From positions 177,919 to 241,918 of the IMG/VR virus record IMGVR_UViG_3300025770_000870: a stretch of 64,000 nucleotides of DNA. One strand, written 5' to 3'. The notes below the pieces were generated by a model that ran no database searches, was not told the origin of the DNA, and saw nothing but the letters and a program-made list of their open reading frames with translations. The translations under genes and the position numbers were made by a program. This document shows, one piece after another, positions 47,923-56,482 of the stretch (position 1 is its first letter; every line of letters begins with the position of its first letter).

Positions 47923-48718
47923 TCTCAAACCAAACAATTCGATTCTCGAATGTTGGTGTTTCTTTTATAAAATAAGTTTGATAATTATCTCCGTTATTAA
48001 CATTGTTAACAACATTTAATCCTGTACATCTCTCACCTTTTGGTCTTACTCCGATTACTTTACTTGGATTTATTTTACTTGAGTGTATTACTTGAGCCCC
48101 ATTTATATTACCTATGATGTCATCATAATTATTTGATAAATTAAAATTATATGATGTTGATAATAAGTATTCTACTATATTATCTCCTATAATAAATGCG
48201 GTAGCGGGACCTAAGTTACTTTTCATAGATAAAACATTACTAATAAATGTCATCTTTGTGATTATTCTTCTGGAATCAGCATCTGATTGTTCATTTGTTG
48301 TTAAAAATTTATCATTTTTTAATTTAAGAGTTACGTCTGTGTAAAATTTACATTTTTTCATTGGTTTACTTGTTAAAGTATCCAATGTTGATATAATATC
48401 ATTATATAATAATGCTTCACTTATGAATTTTTTAGCAGTTACATTTTGCGACATCATTCTTGTTGAGAATGTTCCAATTGTATCCAACCCATCATAAATA
48501 CCTTGCGGTAACCAATCCATATCATCATATTCTTCTTGTTTTTCAGCAAGAACAGAATTTATAGATGATTGTCTATGTCTTCTTTTGAGTTCATTCATTA
48601 TCCACTCATCATCAGATGATAAAGTATCCGTATAATAAATAACACCCTTGGGTAAAGAGGGTTTATTATTTTCTGTGTAATTACATATCAATTTTATATT
48701 AGACAGCAAGGTGCTCAT
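47915..48718 (-). CDS. degenerate major-capsid paralog fragment with RHRQSSINSVL motif
   Basis: RRIITKMTFISNVLSMKSNLGPATAFII aligns with capsid RKLVTKIAHASNYIATEGRVGPAQYLIT. Confidence 0.6.
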   Translation of the reverse strand: MSTLLSNIKLICNYTENNKPSLPKGVIYYTDTLSSDDEWIMNELKRRHRQSSINSVLAEKQEEYDDMDWLPQGIYDGLDTIGTFSTRMMSQNVTAKKFISEALLYNDIISTLDTLTSKPMKKCKFYTDVTLKLKNDKFLTTNEQSDADSRRIITKMTFISNVLSMKSNLGPATAFIIGDNIVEYLLSTSYNFNLSNNYDDIIGNINGAQVIHSSKINPSKVIGVRPKGERCTGLNVVNNVNNGDNYQTYFIKETPTFENRIVWFEIS

Positions 48719-49466
48719 ATTTGTTTTTCATTCCTATTTTTGGTATAGATGCGTTTGTTATCTTTTGTATTTCTTCTTTACTCATCTTGGAAGTTTTTTC
48801 TAATAATTGTAAAGTTCTTTGGTAATATCTATTATCAGGAGCCACTCTTTCATGGTATAGGTGATAACATCTAGCTTTTAATTCGGTGTGTTTCAAGAAG
48901 TGTTTAACTTTCATTGTTTGATAATCATCTTCACCACCCCAGCCTATAAAGTCTTCGTTCCACCCACCAATTCTTAATAAAGAATCTCGTCTGAAAATTG
49001 CTATACCTCCTGAAATATTTATTTTTTGGTTATCTGTCTCACCTCTACCAGGTCTATTAATATTAACAACCTGTTCCAAAGGTAGATTGGACTCCTGTGG
49101 ATTTAGATCAACCACGGAATGATATGGACTAACCATATCATATTCTGTTAATGCCTGGAGACCCTTTATGAAATCTTTTGGATTCATAACTAAATCAGAA
49201 TCACCACAAACAATTATGTTTGAGTTGGAGTGTTTTAATCCTATATTAAATGCCCAAGACCTATTATAAGGCATTTTTGATTTTATGAAAATATGCTTAC
49301 ATCTTAAATTTAAGTGTGATATTTTTGAGTGTTTATCTTGTTCTACAAGAATAATTTCTGATCCTGAAAAGGAGTTAGCCCAATCCAGTGTTCTTCTTAG
49401 GTTGTTTAACCTATCTATTGTGTGTCTATATCCTATTATAAACGTGAATTTGTATGATTGTTGCAT
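48699..49466 (-). CDS. glycosyltransferase (GT2/GT7 galactosyltransferase-like)
   Basis: YNRSWAFNIG, DSD motif, GGWNEDFIGWGGEDD, YHLYH. Confidence 0.88.
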   Translation of the reverse strand: MQQSYKFTFIIGYRHTIDRLNNLRRTLDWANSFSGSEIILVEQDKHSKISHLNLRCKHIFIKSKMPYNRSWAFNIGLKHSNSNIIVCGDSDLVMNPKDFIKGLQALTEYDMVSPYHSVVDLNPQESNLPLEQVVNINRPGRGETDNQKINISGGIAIFRRDSLLRIGGWNEDFIGWGGEDDYQTMKVKHFLKHTELKARCYHLYHERVAPDNRYYQRTLQLLEKTSKMSKEEIQKITNASIPKIGMKNKYEHLAV

Positions 49467-49571
49467 TAAAAAAGTTATTTTTTATTTATATAAACACTTA
49501 TAGCTTTTGTTTTATAGTTCTTAACTAAACATTATATAAATATTATTCTATAATACTTTAAATCTTATATT

Positions 49572-49976
49572 ATGGATAAAAAAGTAGGAAGATTTGAAAA
49601 AATATTTTTTCCTGAACTAAATATAAAAGTGGATTCTAAAATAGACACTGGTGCTTATAGCGTTTCTTTACACGTTGAGGATATCAACGAAGTGGATGGT
49701 AAATTATACTTCTGGGTTGGTGATGAATCTAATAAATTCATATATGATGATTTTAATATTATTAGTGTTAAGAGTTCTTTTGGTAAAAATCAAAAAAGAT
49801 ATTCTATAAAATTGAAGATGCATCTGGGTAAACTTACCTATGATGTTTTCGTATCACTGAGTGATAGAAAAAAAATGAAGTTTCCTTGTTTGATAGGTAG
49901 AAAATTTCTACATAAACACGGATTTTTGGTAGATGTGAGAAAAAAGAATTTACATGATAGAAATAAAAAAATGTAA
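49572..49976 (+). CDS. RimK-associated putative ATP-dependent zinc/aspartic protease
   Basis: SKIDTGAYSVSLH and LSDRKKMKFPCLIGRKFL. Confidence 0.88.
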   Translation: MDKKVGRFEKIFFPELNIKVDSKIDTGAYSVSLHVEDINEVDGKLYFWVGDESNKFIYDDFNIISVKSSFGKNQKRYSIKLKMHLGKLTYDVFVSLSDRKKMKFPCLIGRKFLHKHGFLVDVRKKNLHDRNKKM

Positions 49977-50493
49977 TTATTTTACTGGTGATAATAGCAT
50001 CTCTGATGGTATTAAAGATATTGTTAATTTTTTAGAATTATCAGGCAGAAATTATTTGCTATTAACTCCACCTAAAAATAGTGACATTGATAAATCAACA
50101 CAAACAAATACAATAAAATATTATTTGGATAATCAATTACACTTTAATAACTTTGTTGAGTTTGTTGATATTATAGAAAATGAAGGCAATTTATTTAGGG
50201 TTGATTTGTTGGTTTTGGATTTTTGGCATTTAACACCTATTGAGATATCTATTTGGAAAAAAGAAATTGATAAATTGGGATTAGACCATTTGATAATAGC
50301 TAAAGAATATCACTATAAATCTACTGATGATGTTACAGACTATCATCTTAGAAGAGAGTATAAAACGGTTGGTAAAAATGAATTATTTATAACTGATAAT
50401 ATAAATAAATGGACATCAACTTTAGAATCTTTAATAAAATCTTATAGAAGAGATAAGAAAATCAATGATATATTTGGTGGAACTGATAATTAG
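49954..50493 (+). CDS. degenerate RecA/DnaB-like fold protein with RDKKINDIF motif
   Basis: Walker-B-like VDLLVLD without an intact Walker A; shared C-terminal motif. Confidence 0.5.
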   Translation: MIEIKKCNYFTGDNSISDGIKDIVNFLELSGRNYLLLTPPKNSDIDKSTQTNTIKYYLDNQLHFNNFVEFVDIIENEGNLFRVDLLVLDFWHLTPIEISIWKKEIDKLGLDHLIIAKEYHYKSTDDVTDYHLRREYKTVGKNELFITDNINKWTSTLESLIKSYRRDKKINDIFGGTDN

Positions 50494-50528
50494 CCCTATA
50501 TTTGTTATTAAATATAAACTAAATATAT

Positions 50529-51611
50529 ATGAGAACTAGACGAAAATTTATTAAACTAACAAAGTTTACATATCCATATGGAACCGAAAATCAATTAAAA
50601 AAATTCTTACCGAAGGGATATACAGAAGATGAGCATGGTAATTTCTATTTGAAGATTGGTGATAAACCATCTACTATGTTTACTTGTCACCTTGATACGG
50701 CTTGTGCTGAACAAGAAAGAGTTAATCATGTATTTCGTGGTAAGTTTGTTGGTACTGATGGGACTACAATTTTAGGAGCTGATGATAAAGCCGGAATGGT
50801 TATTATCTTATCACTTATCGAAAAAAAAGTACCTGGACTTTATTACTTCTTTATTGGAGAGGAAGTTGGGTGTATTGGTTCAAACGCACTTTCCGGAACT
50901 TGGTTAAAAACTGAATTCTCTGAATACATTACAAAATGTGTATCTTTTGATAGAAGAGGTACTACTTCTGTTATTACAGAACAATTGTATGGTAGATGTG
51001 CGTCTGATGAATTCGCAACTGAACTTTCACTTAGATTAAATAATGTTGGTAAATTTAATTTCTCACCTGATGATACTGGAGTTCTAACAGACTCAATTAA
51101 CTTTATGGATTTTGTACCGGAGTGTACTAATATATCTGTTGGTTATTATAATGAACATGGTGGTGATGAAATCCAAGATTTGGATTTCTTGAAGAAATTA
51201 AGTAAAGCTGTTTGTGAAATTGATTGGGAAACACTTCCAATTAAAAGAGATCCAATATCTGATTTTGATGATGATGATGATGATTTACATGAGTATGAAG
51301 AAGATGGTAAATTCTCAACAGAGTTCTATTCATACTTTAAGAGTAAAGAAGATGTGAAGAAAATGTATATATCTATTAATCATATAGAATCCGAAAAAGC
51401 TGAAATACGCAATTGGTTATATGTGAGTGGTTCTTATCCTGGATTTACTGATATTTTATGGAATGGCCATAAATTAAGAGTTAAAATTAATGATGATATA
51501 GAAGTTGTTGGTGATAGAATTGAGTTAATTGATTTGATGCCGGAATTAGGATCTGTTCCTAAAAGTCAATTAAGTGCTAGTGTTAAAAAATATAGAAGTA
51601 TTGTGATGTAA
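50529..51611 (+). CDS. second M28-family metallopeptidase
   Basis: CHLDT, GADDKAG, GEEVG, SFDRRG, TDS, NEHG; clearly paralogous to the 24754 ORF. Confidence 0.8.
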   Translation: MRTRRKFIKLTKFTYPYGTENQLKKFLPKGYTEDEHGNFYLKIGDKPSTMFTCHLDTACAEQERVNHVFRGKFVGTDGTTILGADDKAGMVIILSLIEKKVPGLYYFFIGEEVGCIGSNALSGTWLKTEFSEYITKCVSFDRRGTTSVITEQLYGRCASDEFATELSLRLNNVGKFNFSPDDTGVLTDSINFMDFVPECTNISVGYYNEHGGDEIQDLDFLKKLSKAVCEIDWETLPIKRDPISDFDDDDDDLHEYEEDGKFSTEFYSYFKSKEDVKKMYISINHIESEKAEIRNWLYVSGSYPGFTDILWNGHKLRVKINDDIEVVGDRIELIDLMPELGSVPKSQLSASVKKYRSIVM

Positions 51612-52136
51612 TCAGATTCTTTTATCTGGACTTACAAAATCATTATAGGTGTCTGCCTTTACAACGAGGTAGGCATCTTCTAGTTCATACCAATTTCCTT
51701 CATCCACATCATCACCTCCTAATCCTCTATTAGCAACATCATCAGTAAAAACTTTGAACTTATAAATTGAATAACCACCATCAAAATAAACAGCGATAAC
51801 TTCATCACCGTCCTTAACAGAATCTCTTTCATCAGAAAGTTCTTTTAATTCATTAACATCAATTTCACTTGATCTTATTTTTTTGAAATCTTTTCCTAGA
51901 TTTTGATGAACTTGTTTAGATATTAACTTAGCCATTTTCTCTTGAAGGTCACCCAATTCAAATGATTGTCCTGGTGTTATATCTCCTGATACTGTATCAA
52001 ATTCTCCGTGTATATCAAAAAATAAATCATTAATTTTATCTTCTAATAAATCTAATGTATATTTATAAATATCATCCTCTGTATGAGAAACCTTTTCAAA
52101 AGACTCAGTTATATATTCTGACCATTTTTTAATCAT
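51612..52136 (-). CDS. hypothetical protein with CTS-like N-terminus
   Basis: MIKKWSEYITES. Confidence 0.7.
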   Translation of the reverse strand: MIKKWSEYITESFEKVSHTEDDIYKYTLDLLEDKINDLFFDIHGEFDTVSGDITPGQSFELGDLQEKMAKLISKQVHQNLGKDFKKIRSSEIDVNELKELSDERDSVKDGDEVIAVYFDGGYSIYKFKVFTDDVANRGLGGDDVDEGNWYELEDAYLVVKADTYNDFVSPDKRI

Positions 52137-52285
52137 AATTTAGGGGTTTTATATTCTGGTTTATTTGCTATTATTAACATCTGTCCAGTTGTTAACTCAT
52201 TATAATTCCAACCATTCTTTTTACAAAAGCCTATTATAAACCTCTCTCTTAGTATCGATTTTCCTTTATTTGCTTTCTTTTTCAT
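52133..52285 (-). CDS. 50-aa basic hypothetical protein (not in ORF track)
   Basis: hand translation MKKKANKGKSILRERFIIGFCKKNGWNYNELTTGQMLIIANKPEYKTPKL*; ATGA overlap with the next gene. Confidence 0.65.
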   Translation of the reverse strand: MKKKANKGKSILRERFIIGFCKKNGWNYNELTTGQMLIIANKPEYKTPKL

Positions 52286-52287
52286 AA

Positions 52288-52695
52288 TTAAATTAAAAAT
52301 ATATATATGAACACTTGTAAAGAAACACCAAATAAAACCATTGGTGTTTTCTTTTTATCTTGTTCTGAAGGTGGTAAATGCACATGTGTCTCTGTTATTG
52401 AATTTTTATCCAATTTTTTAATTGTTTGTTCAAATATTATTCTATGAAAATACTTGAACATAAAAATTTGTGCTATTATAAATGGTATTGATACCCATCC
52501 AATTGTATATGTTAATAATGTCCCAGTCGTTAATAACACTAAAAATCTTTGAATATTGAATATTTTTTTAGCACAAAATTCAGAACTCCTTTTATTTTTA
52601 CTCTTGATATGTTCAAAAAAACCTTCCCGTAAACCTTCCGACATAGAATAAAGTATCCAGATTAAGTTTGTTATTGTTATTGCTATAAAATCCAT
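52288..52695 (-). CDS. membrane protein
   Basis: three to four hydrophobic segments. Confidence 0.65.
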   Translation of the reverse strand: MDFIAITITNLIWILYSMSEGLREGFFEHIKSKNKRSSEFCAKKIFNIQRFLVLLTTGTLLTYTIGWVSIPFIIAQIFMFKYFHRIIFEQTIKKLDKNSITETHVHLPPSEQDKKKTPMVLFGVSLQVFIYIFLI

Positions 52696-52750
52696 ACTTA
52701 TAAACTTCTGCTTTTTTGTATATATTAAATATAATAACTATATTTGTTGT

Positions 52751-53209
52751 ATGTTTGAAATAAAAGGTAAAATAGTATTCGATCCAATCGATAAAACTAA
52801 GAAGCACTCTAAGCAGTCTTCCTGGAAGAAAGTCGTTATGATCGAGTTCAAGGATGATACTTGGTCTTACTATTCTTGGTTTTTAAAAAAAAGATTTGGA
52901 CTAGTCTTGAATAAACCACTTCGAGGAACCCACTTTACTATTATTAACGATATTGTTGATGATGTAATATACAAACAAGCTAAGAAAATGTTTGATGGTA
53001 CTGAAATAACAATTCAATACGATCCAACAAATATACGTTCTAATGATAAAGGTCACTGGTGGATAAAGGCTTATTCTGATGATGCTATAAATATAAGAAG
53101 TGTTATGGGATTGGGTGATCCTTATTTCGGTTTCCACATTACTATGGGATTAGCTACTAACACACAATTAGAACACTCTAAATATATTAAACAATATTTG
53201 AGATTGTAA
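52751..53209 (+). CDS. 2H-phosphoesterase-fold protein
   Basis: two Hx[T/S]h motifs, THFTI and FHITM, about 70 aa apart. Confidence 0.6.
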   Translation: MFEIKGKIVFDPIDKTKKHSKQSSWKKVVMIEFKDDTWSYYSWFLKKRFGLVLNKPLRGTHFTIINDIVDDVIYKQAKKMFDGTEITIQYDPTNIRSNDKGHWWIKAYSDDAINIRSVMGLGDPYFGFHITMGLATNTQLEHSKYIKQYLRL

Positions 53210-53238
53210 ACTAAAATAATAATACCACTATAATCTAT

Positions 53239-53715
53239 GTGGTTAATAATCTAAGAAATATAATTATTGGTGATACCAATGTAGGAAAATCTACTTATTT
53301 GTATCAAATAGCAAACACATTAAATAAATGTGGGTATTCGGTATGCCTTATTGATGGTGATGGGTCTGGTATATCAAACCCTATTGATAATGATGTTATA
53401 AACCTTGTGAATAAGAATGATGTTAGGTTATTTAAGATGGTAAATAATATTGATGATATTGATGTTATTTTAATTGATGATATTGGATATTTATCTTCTG
53501 AGTGTATATCTGAGGTTTCTGATAGTAAAAAGGTTATTATATCAATTTGTTTCAAGGACTGGGGATCCAAACTGAATAAGTTTGTTGAAAAAAGTGAAAT
53601 ATTTAAATTGACTAAGACAACAATTGAGTATAATAATTCTATTATAGATAGAAATGGATATTTATTACAATCAATAAGAGAAACAAAACTAAAATACTTA
53701 TTAAATGAAAAATAG
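53239..53715 (+). CDS. miniature P-loop NTPase (RecA/DnaB-like) with RETKLKYLL motif
   Basis: GDTNVGKST Walker A, VILIDD Walker B, only 158 aa. Confidence 0.6.
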   Translation: MVNNLRNIIIGDTNVGKSTYLYQIANTLNKCGYSVCLIDGDGSGISNPIDNDVINLVNKNDVRLFKMVNNIDDIDVILIDDIGYLSSECISEVSDSKKVIISICFKDWGSKLNKFVEKSEIFKLTKTTIEYNNSIIDRNGYLLQSIRETKLKYLLNEK

Positions 53716-54763
53716 TGTGGATAAACAGTATATAGATTTTCTAAAATATATACTTGAAAATGGTGAATTAAAAGAAGATAGAACCGGAACCGGAACCATT
53801 TCAATATTTGATTATTCAATGACATTTGATATGTCAGAGGGTTTTCCGTTATTAACTTCTAAGAAAGTTTTTACAAAAGCTGTAATACACGAGCTAATAT
53901 GGTTTTTGAGAGGTGATACAAATATAAAATATCTTGTCGATAATGGTGTTAATATTTGGAATGGTGATGCCTTTAAGAATTATATGAAGAATTCTAGTGA
54001 ATTTAAGGGTGATTGGCCAGATACTATGATTGATTTTATTGATAGGGTTAAATCTGATGGTGAATTTGCTAAGAAATGGGGAGATTTAGGCCCTGTTTAT
54101 GGTAAACAATGGAGAAACTGGAAAGGTTATAAGAAAGTTGTTAATGGTTGGGAACATAATTCTCCTTCTAGTTGGAAGGACGTTCCTCAGGTAGACCAAA
54201 TAGCCGATTTAATAAGAGACCTTAAAAATAATCCAGATTCTAGAAGGCTTATGGTCAGTGCTTGGAATCCTGGAGAGCTTGATAAGATGGTTTTACCACC
54301 TTGTCATTATGGGTTTCAGTGTTATACTAATAAAATGACACACGATGAAAGAAGGGAATGGTGGTGTTCGTCAATAAATAAGTCTTTAATATATTCACAG
54401 GATATGACTGATGATATGTTAGATGATAGAGAAGTACCTAGAAAAAAATTGAGTCTTAAATGGAATCAAAGATCAGTGGATTCATTTTTAGGATTACCAT
54501 TTAATATAGCATCATATGGTATATTATTACACCTTTTAGCTAGAGAGGTTAATATGGTTCCAAATCAATTAAAGTTTTCTGGTGGTGATTGTCATATATA
54601 TACTAACCATGTTGATCAAGTAAAACAACAATTAACAAGAGAAACATTTGGTTTGTGTAAAATAGAATTAAATAACATTTCGATAGATAATTTATATTTT
54701 GATAATATCAAGATTATTAATTATGAATCATCTGGTGTTATAAAAGCACCTTTATCAAACTAA
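53705..54763 (+). CDS. thyA: thymidylate synthase
   Basis: DRTGTGT, FPLLTSKK, ELIWFLRG, LPPCHY, QRSVDSFLGLPFNIASY, HIYTNH. Confidence 0.97.
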   Translation: MKNSVDKQYIDFLKYILENGELKEDRTGTGTISIFDYSMTFDMSEGFPLLTSKKVFTKAVIHELIWFLRGDTNIKYLVDNGVNIWNGDAFKNYMKNSSEFKGDWPDTMIDFIDRVKSDGEFAKKWGDLGPVYGKQWRNWKGYKKVVNGWEHNSPSSWKDVPQVDQIADLIRDLKNNPDSRRLMVSAWNPGELDKMVLPPCHYGFQCYTNKMTHDERREWWCSSINKSLIYSQDMTDDMLDDREVPRKKLSLKWNQRSVDSFLGLPFNIASYGILLHLLAREVNMVPNQLKFSGGDCHIYTNHVDQVKQQLTRETFGLCKIELNNISIDNLYFDNIKIINYESSGVIKAPLSN

Positions 54764-54808
54764 TTTATTATTAATAGATGGGTTTAAAAATTAAAATTAA
54801 AAATATAA

Positions 54809-55303
54809 ATGAGTAATTTAGCAAAACAATATGAATATTTAGAAAAACTTGTTGAACAGGTTAAAGATATGGATACTGATGAATTATCAGATGAGGTGGA
54901 TAATGAATCTTCTACTAAGGTAATTGAAGAACAAAAGATATTTTTTTGGATTAGACTTTATTTAAGTGAGGAAGATCCTAATGTTAAAGTTGGTGATGAT
55001 ATCACAATAGAATGGGTACATACGGGTGAGAAGTTAAAAACTAAATTTGCTGCTTATGGTAAAGAAGGTGTTAATAAAGACCAAGGTGATGAAATGACAA
55101 ATTATAACCCAGAAGATGATAAAAGAATACTTTGTTTGATGATAGATACTAAAATGATTAACTTCAATGATGATTTACCTTTTATAAGAACATTATTTAA
55201 GACTGGTTATCATTATGAGTATCAATTAGTGAAAAGAAATGATTTAACATTTACTAATGATAGAAGTGGTATTATGTTGGATTATTTTGATTGTGATTTT
55301 TAA
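54809..55303 (+). CDS. hypothetical protein
   Basis: 164-aa ORF downstream of thyA. Confidence 0.7.
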   Translation: MSNLAKQYEYLEKLVEQVKDMDTDELSDEVDNESSTKVIEEQKIFFWIRLYLSEEDPNVKVGDDITIEWVHTGEKLKTKFAAYGKEGVNKDQGDEMTNYNPEDDKRILCLMIDTKMINFNDDLPFIRTLFKTGYHYEYQLVKRNDLTFTNDRSGIMLDYFDCDF

Positions 55304-55412
55304 TAAAAGTGTATTTCATACTTTATATATACTTTAATTAATTATATCCCGAAATATCAAGGAAACGAGTTTTTGGATATAATATATACAGTATAAAAAA
55401 TTATATTTTAAT

Positions 55413-55808
55413 ATGAAATATTTAAAGACGTTTGAAAATTACTCTCCAGTAAATGAAGAGGAAGAAGGAATAAGAAAGTTCTTTACTGGTCATGACAGTA
55501 GTGATGATAGAGATAAGGCTATGGTAGCTTTCAATAAAGCTTTAGATGATGCTGAAGAAGCTGCAAATAAAAATCCAAAGGGTTATTCGTTTAACAGAGA
55601 ACGTTTAGAAAAAGAAGCTAGTGAAAATAACTATAAAGGTGGATTAAGAATCCAAAGAGGTGGTAGAAAAGACAGATCACCCGGTCAAGCATCCGCTAAT
55701 TCGAGTAGAATGTACGTTGTTTATGACGATGGTGTTACTGGATTTGTAGATGTGTTTGTAAAACCAGCAGCTGCTAATAGAAAAGATAGTGGATTTAATA
55801 GACCATAA
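55413..55808 (+). CDS. hypothetical protein with CTS-like N-terminus
   Basis: MKYLKTFENYSPVNE; late promoter upstream. Confidence 0.75.
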   Translation: MKYLKTFENYSPVNEEEEGIRKFFTGHDSSDDRDKAMVAFNKALDDAEEAANKNPKGYSFNRERLEKEASENNYKGGLRIQRGGRKDRSPGQASANSSRMYVVYDDGVTGFVDVFVKPAAANRKDSGFNRP

Positions 55809-55829
55809 TTCATAAGGAGTTAAATAAAT

Positions 55830-55859
55830 AAAAAAAGGGACTTTTGAGTCCCTTTTTTT
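55830..55859. terminator. bidirectional intrinsic terminator
   Basis: AAAAAAAGGGAC-ttttga-GTCCCTTTTTTT. Confidence 0.85.
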
Positions 55860-55868
55860 ATGCCTTTT

Positions 55869-56285
55869 TTATGATGCTGTTGATGATAAAATATTTTTAT
55901 CAATTTTATCTAGTGAGTCCATACCAGTTTCATTAATCTTATCAAGTATATCATCAATCGAAGTCGTTTCTACTCGAAAATCTTCAAATAGGTAAGGTGT
56001 TAATTTCTCTACTTCTGGATATTTTTTTTGTGTCTTACCCTTAATAACCGAATCAGTTACATCAAGAACATCAAATTCAAATCCGTATTTTGTGAAAATA
56101 TTAGCAAATGTATCAACTTTATAATCATTTAGTCTAATAAAGACATCATCATTTTCTGTGAATCCTACATATTTTACATCCTCAGGATTTAAACAATTAG
56201 TAAAGTCATTATATATTGGGTGTTTTACATCCTCAATATCGACAAGTTTCGTGAATTTTAGTAAGTAAATTTTGTTAGCTTTCAT
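55869..56285 (-). CDS. hypothetical protein with C-terminal DUF6576-like motif
   Basis: SIDDILDKINETGMDSLDKIDKNIL. Confidence 0.65.
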   Translation of the reverse strand: MKANKIYLLKFTKLVDIEDVKHPIYNDFTNCLNPEDVKYVGFTENDDVFIRLNDYKVDTFANIFTKYGFEFDVLDVTDSVIKGKTQKKYPEVEKLTPYLFEDFRVETTSIDDILDKINETGMDSLDKIDKNILSSTAS

Positions 56286-56482
56286 AATAGTGGTTTTAAT
56301 GAATATCTTAATTGATATACTACAATATACGAATAATATATCAATTAACCTAATTTTTAGTAAGTTATTTTTAATATAATTACTTTATATATTGTCTAAT
56401 AAATATACACATATTATTTCGATAAACAAAACATTTCATAACTTTTCTCTATAAATTATCTATAATAAATTAAAATAAGAAT

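Noticed and set aside
53304-53825. Minus-strand 173-aa ORF
   Set aside because: Antisense to the P-loop ORF and thyA; Ile/Ser/Phe composition typical of shadow frames
54330-54440. Insertion in ThyA as a novel feature
   Set aside because: Variable loops between the PCH and QRS motifs are common in ThyA from Bacteroidota and phages; the catalytic motifs are intact
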